Assembly (NCBI GenBank): GCA_947585965.1
Contig: CANPXK010000002.1
Coordinates: forward strand, 439 to 64,438
Reading direction: 5' to 3'
Length of the DNA: 64,000 nucleotides
Origin: an uncultured Clostridia bacterium
Lineage (GTDB): Bacteria > Bacillota > Clostridia > Oscillospirales > Acutalibacteraceae
The notes below the pieces were generated by a model. The model worked only from the letters and a program-made list of their open reading frames with translations, was not told the DNA's origin and searched no databases. A program made the translations under genes and the position numbers. The number at the start of each line of letters is the position of its first letter. Position 1 is the first letter of the stretch. Of this stretch, positions 58,069-64,000 are shown piece after piece.

Positions 58069-58290
58069 TCAGTCTGAATCGGCAGCGGATGACTGATTTT
58101 CCGGCTGATGTATAACCTTGCGTATATTCTTTTCCGCTTTCATGCGGGGAAGCATGATTTCATGTCCGCAGCCGAGACAGCGGATCTTAAAATCCATACC
58201 TATGCGGAGAACAAGAAATTGTTTGTTGTTTTCCTTGCCGCAGGGATGAGCCTTTTTCATTTCCAGAATATCATTGAGTCTTATGTCCAT
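58069..58290 (-). CDS. DUF951 family small protein
   Basis: LEMKKAHPCG...RCLGCGHEIMLPR shows the four-Cys pattern typical of DUF951. A GGAGG RBS precedes the ATG at 58290. Confidence 0.75.
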   Translation of the reverse strand: MDIRLNDILEMKKAHPCGKENNKQFLVLRIGMDFKIRCLGCGHEIMLPRMKAEKNIRKVIHQPENQSSAADSD

Positions 58291-58586
58291 AAATATCCTC
58301 CCGATACATATATGCATATTATATCACCGTTTGTTTTATTTTACAATTATTAAAATACAATTTGCTCTTGAAAAAGAAAGGTACTGTATGATATTATTTT
58401 ATATAGAATATACATATTAAGAAGTTTTATATGCAGGCTTTACGAAAACTTTAAAGTTTTTAAGCTGAATTTATCTTTTTCTTAATATTGTCAAAATTGT
58501 CAGTTAATTTTTTAATTGTAATATTATTTACAGTAAGTACAGAGCCGATGTACAGTTGGGGTTTTATATTTTTTGGAGGTTATATT

Positions 58587-59297
58587 ATGGCTGCTCCCGC
58601 GAAACCTGCATTTGTTATGAAAAGGTATGAGATGAAATATATCCTGAATCCTCTGCAAAGGGAATATCTGATAAAAAAGCTTGAGGGACATATGAAGGTC
58701 GACAAGTATGGTCTTACCTCCATAGAATCATTATATTATGATACTCCCGATTACAGACTTATAAGAAATTCTCTTGAAAAGCCGGAATTTAAGGAAAAGA
58801 TGAGATTGCGTTCATACGGAATTGCAAGCGAAAATTCTCCTGTATTTCTTGAAATCAAGAGAAAGGCTTACGGGATAGTCTATAAAAGACGTGTGCAGAC
58901 CATGCTCCCGCTTGTGAACAGATTTTTTAACGGAGAGACTGATGATATTTGCGAGGGTGGTCAGATAAATCGTGAGATAACCGCATTCAGGGATTATTAC
59001 CGAAAACTCATTCCTACCTGCCTTATCATTTATGACAGAGTGGCATATTATCAGCCCGGAGGAGATCTTCGGTTAACTGTTGACCAAAATCCGAGATACC
59101 GCACGGATGAGCTTAATCTTACAAGCTCATTGGACGGTATTCCGCTCCTTGATGAAGGCTGCAGTATTCTTGAAATAAAGGTACAGCAGGCAATGCCGCT
59201 GTGGCTTACGCAGATACTTTCAAGCGGAGGGATATATAAAAGCAGTTTTTCAAAATACGGTGAAGCATATACAAGACAGATACTTAAAGCAAGGTGA
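58587..59297 (+). CDS. VTC (CYTH-like polyphosphate-polymerase-type) domain protein
   Basis: RYEMKYIL, YYDTPDYRL, KMRLRSY, LEIKRK and ILEIKV form a beta-strand motif pattern typical of bacterial VTC-domain proteins. A GGAGG RBS precedes the ATG at 58587. Confidence 0.7.
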   Translation: MAAPAKPAFVMKRYEMKYILNPLQREYLIKKLEGHMKVDKYGLTSIESLYYDTPDYRLIRNSLEKPEFKEKMRLRSYGIASENSPVFLEIKRKAYGIVYKRRVQTMLPLVNRFFNGETDDICEGGQINREITAFRDYYRKLIPTCLIIYDRVAYYQPGGDLRLTVDQNPRYRTDELNLTSSLDGIPLLDEGCSILEIKVQQAMPLWLTQILSSGGIYKSSFSKYGEAYTRQILKAR

Positions 59298-59311
59298 AAG
59301 GATTATTAATT

Positions 59312-59983
59312 ATGTTTGATTCTGTTTATTCGGTACCCGTTCAGGCGTCAGAGTTTTTTCTTATGATGGCGGTGTCAATTTTTACAGGTTTTTTGTATGC
59401 ATGGATAATGTCGTTCCGCATACCGTCAACAAAGAGATTTTTTATAGTTGTAGCAATTATGCCCTTTATTGTTTCTGCTGTTATTACGTTTGTAAACGGT
59501 AATATCGGAGCGGGTGTTGCGGTTGGCGGCGCATTCAGCCTTATACGTTTCAGGAGCGCACCGGGGAGTGCCGAGGAAATAGCCGCCATACTTATAGCTA
59601 TGGGTTCGGGAATAGCTTTCGGAATGGGATATATTGCATATGGTGTTATTATTCTTGTGCTTCTTTCCATCATATTTGTTTTTCTTTCATTAATTCATAT
59701 TTTTGAGCATAATAGGGTGGAAAGAGAAAGGCTTCTCAGAATTACCATTCCCGAGTCACTCGAATATTCGGAGGTGTTTGATGATACTTTCAACAGATAT
59801 CTTAGCAGTTATGAAAATGTCGGAGTAAAAACAACGGCTATGGGTTCTATGTTCAAGCTTTCTTTTAAGATAAAAATGAAGGACAGGACTCAGGAAAAGG
59901 AGTTTATTGATGAGTTGAGGACAAAGAACAGTAATCTTGAAATTTCAATCTTACCGTATGTGGATCAGGAATACCTGCTGTAA
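59312..59983 (+). CDS. DUF4956-like membrane protein (usual partner of bacterial VTC-domain proteins)
   Basis: Four N-terminal TM helices precede a soluble C-terminal domain. The gene lies 14 nt after the VTC gene. Confidence 0.65.
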   Translation: MFDSVYSVPVQASEFFLMMAVSIFTGFLYAWIMSFRIPSTKRFFIVVAIMPFIVSAVITFVNGNIGAGVAVGGAFSLIRFRSAPGSAEEIAAILIAMGSGIAFGMGYIAYGVIILVLLSIIFVFLSLIHIFEHNRVERERLLRITIPESLEYSEVFDDTFNRYLSSYENVGVKTTAMGSMFKLSFKIKMKDRTQEKEFIDELRTKNSNLEISILPYVDQEYLL

Positions 59984-60007
59984 AATTTTAACTTTGGATT
60001 ACATGAT

Positions 60008-60048
60008 AAACAACCGATTGACGTCTATAAGTTCAATCGGTTGTTTTT
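60008..60048. terminator. Bidirectional hairpin terminator between the DUF4956 gene and hemW
   Basis: A perfect 14-bp stem AAACAACCGATTGA pairs with TCAATCGGTTGTTT and is followed by Ts. The right arm overlaps the last hemW codons. Confidence 0.7.
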
Positions 60049-61142
60049 AGTATTTCTGCTATGAGTGAATTTGAAACCATAAAGCCTCTTTCGGTAAGTG
60101 CAAAGCCGTTGTCAAGTATCTTTGTCAGACCGACAGGTTCAAAGCGTTCGGCTCTTCTGATATATTTTTCGGGAATATCATAACCGAAACGAATACGGAA
60201 ACGCTCGTTTGTTATCCCCTCTAAAAGCCGCAGACCGAGCATTATAAATTCTTCAACATCTCCTCCGCTGCCGTCCGGAATAATTTCATTCGCATAACAA
60301 CGCTTGAAATTTGCGGGACGGTAAAAGCGTTTTCCCCGGAAAAAGGAATGGGCGGATGGTCCGAAGCCGATATATTCCTCGTCATGCCAATATTTGAGAT
60401 TATGTTTACTTTCATAACCTGTTATGCAAAAATTGGATATTTCATAATGCTTATATCCGTATTCTTTCATAAGGGAGCATAGGTATTCATACATATCGGC
60501 GGTACGTTCGTCATCAGGGAGATCCAGGTTGTCTTTGTTTTTATAAAATACCGTACCTTCCTCGATTTTTAAGATATATGCCGATATATGCTTTGCCCCG
60601 TGGCTTGCACAGAAATCCACAGAACGCCGCAGATTTTCATTTGTCTGATTTGGCAGAGCTATCATAAGGTCGAGTGATATATTGTTAAAGCCTGCGTTTA
60701 TTGCGGATCTGATACATCTGTCCGCATCACGTGTATCATGTAGTCTGCCTAAAAATTGCAGTTCCTTATCGTTTGCGGATTGCAAACCTATTGATATGCG
60801 GTTACATCCTGCCGAAAACAGCATACCGAAGTCTATATCCCGCTTTTCGGGGTTTACTTCAACCGTTGTTTCCGTTTCCGGATAATTAAGAGTAAAGGAT
60901 TTTTTTGCTGATTCAATTATTTCCGTTATCCTCTCCGCACCGAGCACTGTCGGTGTTCCCCCGCCGAAATACAGAGTGTCGGCAATTATATTTTTATTTT
61001 CGGAAAAAGCCGAAATCTGTTTGCAGAGCATATCCGTATAATTGTTATATTCACGTTCTCCGCCTGACCTTGAATAAAAATCGCAGTAGGGACACTTATT
61101 TCTGCAAAACGGAATATGAATATATATACCTTTTTTATCCAT
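60033..61142 (-). CDS. hemW: Radical SAM family heme chaperone HemW
   Basis: The CxxxCxxC cluster motif is FCRNKCPYCDF. The length and HemN-like C-terminal region fit the family. Confidence 0.88.
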   Translation of the reverse strand: MDKKGIYIHIPFCRNKCPYCDFYSRSGGEREYNNYTDMLCKQISAFSENKNIIADTLYFGGGTPTVLGAERITEIIESAKKSFTLNYPETETTVEVNPEKRDIDFGMLFSAGCNRISIGLQSANDKELQFLGRLHDTRDADRCIRSAINAGFNNISLDLMIALPNQTNENLRRSVDFCASHGAKHISAYILKIEEGTVFYKNKDNLDLPDDERTADMYEYLCSLMKEYGYKHYEISNFCITGYESKHNLKYWHDEEYIGFGPSAHSFFRGKRFYRPANFKRCYANEIIPDGSGGDVEEFIMLGLRLLEGITNERFRIRFGYDIPEKYIRRAERFEPVGLTKILDNGFALTERGFMVSNSLIAEILKTTD

Positions 61143-61143
61143 A

Positions 61144-61494
61144 CTATTTCCCCGAGTTCTGACGGAGTATCAGCAATGCTTCGATAAACATCGAAATGAG
61201 TGATGCCGCAAATAATCCGATATCCGTGTATTTGAATGTATTAAAGGCAAATTCCAGATCTTCATTAGTGGGGTTATCTTTAAGCACGGAAAAGCTTATA
61301 AAGTTGATGAGAGAATCGGAAACAGAACTGTTTGAAACGGCACTGTCTATCAGATATGTTACTACAACAAAGAATATAAGTACAATTATCAATGAGCTTG
61401 TGACAACGGGAACAGCAGGCTTATTAAGTATTGCGATTGCAAGGGCTGACAGAACCAACGCTGCCGCAGCAATAATAATAATGGGATTTATCAT
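61144..61494 (-). CDS. Hypothetical small membrane protein
   Basis: The 116-aa protein has 3 hydrophobic helices. It appears translationally coupled, with ATGA overlapping nudF and a 1-nt gap to hemW. Confidence 0.55.
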   Translation of the reverse strand: MINPIIIIAAAALVLSALAIAILNKPAVPVVTSSLIIVLIFFVVVTYLIDSAVSNSSVSDSLINFISFSVLKDNPTNEDLEFAFNTFKYTDIGLFAASLISMFIEALLILRQNSGK

Positions 61495-62048
61495 TTTTCC
61501 TCACCGTTTTTTATTCTTCCTGATATAAATGCCGCTTTAAGTACGGCAACCTGAGTTTTTGCATCCGGGAGCTCATTATTAAGAACCATTTCCACGGCTC
61601 TGTCAATATGGATACGCTCGACGGTTACAAATTCGTCCTCGTCAAGATGCTGCTGTTCAAATCTGTCAATTTTGCAGAAATACAGGTGTATGATTTCTCC
61701 GCAGTATCCCGGACTCGGATACAGCTTGCCGAGGGGAATGTATTCCCTTCCTATGGCGCCCGTTTCTTCAAGAAGCTCTCTTTTTCCGTTTTCAAGCGGT
61801 GTTTGTCCCTTTTCAAGCTTACCGGCGGGCAGCTCCAGAACTACCTCTTTATACGGGTATCTGAACTGCCGTACAAAAAGAAGCTCATTATTTTCCGTCA
61901 AAGCAGCGATGCATACTCCTCCGGGATGTCCTACAACCTCTCTTGCTGCCATTTCGCCGTTTTCAAGCTCTACGGTATCATAAGTTACATGAATAACTTT
62001 TCCGTCAAAAATATTTTTTGTTTCAAGAGTTTTTTCAAAAAGCTTCAT
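61491..62048 (-). CDS. nudF: ADP-ribose pyrophosphatase-type Nudix hydrolase
   Basis: The Nudix box is GKLEKGQTPLENGKRELLEETG. The N-terminal beta domain is typical of ADPRases. Confidence 0.85.
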   Translation of the reverse strand: MKLFEKTLETKNIFDGKVIHVTYDTVELENGEMAAREVVGHPGGVCIAALTENNELLFVRQFRYPYKEVVLELPAGKLEKGQTPLENGKRELLEETGAIGREYIPLGKLYPSPGYCGEIIHLYFCKIDRFEQQHLDEDEFVTVERIHIDRAVEMVLNNELPDAKTQVAVLKAAFISGRIKNGEEK

Positions 62049-62202
62049 AATCTACCTCCGAAAAATTCATATGTACTATTATAACATAATTTTCTACCTT
62101 TAAAAACTATTTTAAGAAAATTATTAAACGTTCGCTCAGCCGTCCGACAACGCTCTGCGGTTGTTGTATCATATATTTTTGTCGTATAAAAGGGTAATAT
62201 AA

Positions 62203-62231
62203 ATAAAAAGGGGGTCTTTCGACTTCCCCTT
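62203..62231 (-). terminator. Terminator after the 342-aa lipoprotein gene
   Basis: On the minus strand, AAGGGGAAGTC-GAAA-GACCCCCTT is followed by T5. Confidence 0.6.
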
Positions 62232-62237
62232 CTTATA

Positions 62238-63218
62238 TCATTGCTGACCGTAACTCTTTTCCATAAAAATATTTTCGTTGCTGTCTTTAAGTCGTATTTT
62301 CACACCTATTTCCTGTTCTTCTACAAACTGTTGAACAATTGAGGCAAGATATTCATATGTGGGAGACATCTCTTCATTTTCTTCCTCTAACTGTGCAATT
62401 TGTTCGGCAGTGGGTATAAAATTGTAGGTTTGTTCATATACAAGTACATTTCCGTTTTCGACATATATGTCGGATACAATTCCACGGCTGCTGTCGCTTT
62501 CAATCCGGGAGTTTATCATTTCCTGTACATACGACTGAGCAATCAGATCTTCAAGAGTGGCTGATTTCATCTCACTTAATGAACTTACATCAATGTCAAT
62601 GTCTGTATCTGTTTCATTGTCAAAAAATTCAATGTCATCAATACTGCTCTCTTTAGCGGAACTATCATTGTTATCCGATGTGTTATCGTTGACCTCATCA
62701 GTGCTTGTAAAGGTTCTCTCGTAAATCGTTTCGCCGTCGGAATTATTATACCTGAAGACAAGGCGGATTCCATCTTTATCCAATGCTTCTTCCAATTGCT
62801 TTACGAAGTCTATCAGGGTTTCTTTTGCTGTTTTTAACTGAGATTCCAACTCTTGAACACACAGATCGATATCTTCGATATATTCCTTGAATGTATAGTC
62901 AAATGCGATAGTTTTATCATCGACCAAGGACATTTCCGCTGTTAATCGTTCATCGGATAAAGAATCAAGAATGCTGTTCAACCGTGACTTGTATTCTTTG
63001 ATTTCAAACAATTCTTCTAACGACGTAGGCTTTGCGTTATCCGATAACTCCGAGGACTCGTCTGCTTCCGTCCGGCTTACTTCAGCGGATTTTTCCGAAA
63101 CAGACACCGTGGAATTATCTTTGGTATTATTGTCGTTTTCGTTTTTGCAGGATGCTGCCGACAATACAATCATGGCGGCGGTTATACAAACCGCCGGAAT
63201 CCTGAATATTTTTTTCAT
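62238..63218 (-). CDS. Putative lipoprotein with two copies of a ~110-aa repeat domain
   Basis: The lipobox is VLSAASC, after the ATG at 63218 (GGAGG RBS). The repeat ends are LVFRYNNSDGETIYERTF and KIRLKDSNENIFMEKSY. Confidence 0.7.
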   Translation of the reverse strand: MKKIFRIPAVCITAAMIVLSAASCKNENDNNTKDNSTVSVSEKSAEVSRTEADESSELSDNAKPTSLEELFEIKEYKSRLNSILDSLSDERLTAEMSLVDDKTIAFDYTFKEYIEDIDLCVQELESQLKTAKETLIDFVKQLEEALDKDGIRLVFRYNNSDGETIYERTFTSTDEVNDNTSDNNDSSAKESSIDDIEFFDNETDTDIDIDVSSLSEMKSATLEDLIAQSYVQEMINSRIESDSSRGIVSDIYVENGNVLVYEQTYNFIPTAEQIAQLEEENEEMSPTYEYLASIVQQFVEEQEIGVKIRLKDSNENIFMEKSYGQQ

Positions 63219-63274
63219 ACTTTCCTCCGCTTTTTCCGTGTGTTTACTTAACGTAACCTCGATCACGAAAGCTG

Positions 63275-63679
63275 TCAGGCAGGATTATATTCCTTTTCCG
63301 CAACAATACTGCCGTTTATATCCTTATACCTTATCTTCAATGTTACACTTTTTACACGCGTTTCATCCCTTATCTCCGTTACAAAATTTTCAAAGGTTTG
63401 CTTATATGATTCGTCCTCGAGCATTTCATTTAGAATATTTGCTTCACCGCTGTCTATTGAAGTATCTACCTGATATTCCAATATCACTGTATTTCCTTCA
63501 CAATAATATGATGCGGTAACACCGTCACCCGATTGTGAGTCGGCAATAGCCTGGAGTTCATCCTGCCTGGATGTTTCCCTGAAATAATCTTCCAATGTCG
63601 CGGGGGAACAGGCTGCGGCGGAGACGGTAAGTACCAATGCAGCAAGCAATATGGGTAATGCTTTTAAAACTTTCTTCAT
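63275..63679 (-). CDS. Putative lipoprotein, single copy of the same repeat domain
   Basis: The lipobox is TVSAAAC and a GGAGG RBS precedes the start. YYCEGNTVILEYQ and KIRYKDINGSIVAEKEY parallel the neighbouring gene. Confidence 0.7.
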   Translation of the reverse strand: MKKVLKALPILLAALVLTVSAAACSPATLEDYFRETSRQDELQAIADSQSGDGVTASYYCEGNTVILEYQVDTSIDSGEANILNEMLEDESYKQTFENFVTEIRDETRVKSVTLKIRYKDINGSIVAEKEYNPA

Positions 63680-64000
63680 AAATTTACATCCTCCGTATTC
63701 ATTTTATTTTTTACATGATTATATCATAAATATTTTATGTTTTGAATTGTTATTTATGCTGAAAATACGTTCGATAAAGAGTTTTTTATATTTATTATTT
63801 ATATTTTTGGGATAGATTATAATCACGGAGAAATTTTTATGTCACCTTCGCGGTCGGTACTTTTTGCGATCCGTTTGAGGCTGCCTTACTTGAATTGATT
63901 AATATACAAATATGCGATATTACCCTTGCTCACGCCGGGATTAAAAGGAGTATAATGATTGCTTTTGTGCGGCAGTCATACCCCTATAAAAAGTACTCAT

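Noticed and set aside
57476-58096. A 206-aa + strand ORF opposite prfA
   Set aside because: It is a Ser/Leu/Ile-rich shadow ORF antisense to release factor 1, with no start context.
63955-64000. A possible CDS start (ATG 63955, MIAFVRQSYPYKKYS...) running off the window end
   Set aside because: Only 15 codons are visible and the AGGAG sits just 4 nt from the ATG. That is too little evidence to call a gene.

Overview
This 64-kb chromosomal segment reads like a low-GC Gram-positive anaerobe. Clostridia is likely; Oscillospiraceae/Ruminococcus-like is only a guess from gene content. I count about 58 tightly packed protein-coding genes. By eye I recognised no rRNA, tRNA, CRISPR array, transposase, integrase or phage gene. 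All calls rest on motif recognition in the supplied translations; nothing was searched against a database.

Gene order:
- 1-18 kb: sensor-GGDEF cyclase, fba, ilvA, transglutaminase-like protein, ridA, Nudix hydrolase, MATE pump, glucokinase, a frame-disrupted acidic ORF, cysK, csoR-copA copper operon with a textbook operator, and a CotH-like lipoprotein.
- 18.3-31.1 kb: a teichoic-acid-like glycopolymer locus. It holds a GT2, a TagG-type permease with no ATPase, two TagF-type glycerophosphotransferases, a Stealth sugar-phosphate transferase, a decayed AT3 acyltransferase remnant, and then an MBOAT / DHHW / FkbH-like / ACP operon.
- 31-47 kb: glgP, zapA, U32 peptidase, dut, mreBCD-PBP2, an orphan minD, mgsA, recD2, comFC and a second mreB paralog.
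- 47-64 kb: a noncoding tandem repeat, two small membrane proteins, rlmH, an MBL hydrolase, murA, M18 aminopeptidase, SLT, coaE, tsaC, prfA, DUF951, a VTC+DUF4956 pair, hemW, nudF and two paralogous lipoproteins.

The two best candidates for something undescribed:
1. The MBOAT-DHHW-FkbH-ACP operon at 26.0-31.2 kb. Its architecture parallels the Dlt D-alanylation machinery but uses an FkbH-type loader. That predicts carrier-protein-dependent extracytoplasmic acylation of the neighbouring glycopolymer.
2. Two and a bit tandem copies of a ~223-bp hairpin-rich noncoding unit at 47.34-47.83 kb. A shorter related copy seems to sit at 10.5 kb, with possible fragments at 33.7 and 7.4 kb. This could be a structured-RNA gene family or a BOX/REP-like modular element.

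Two single-base frame disruptions and one multiply broken gene remnant are also noted.
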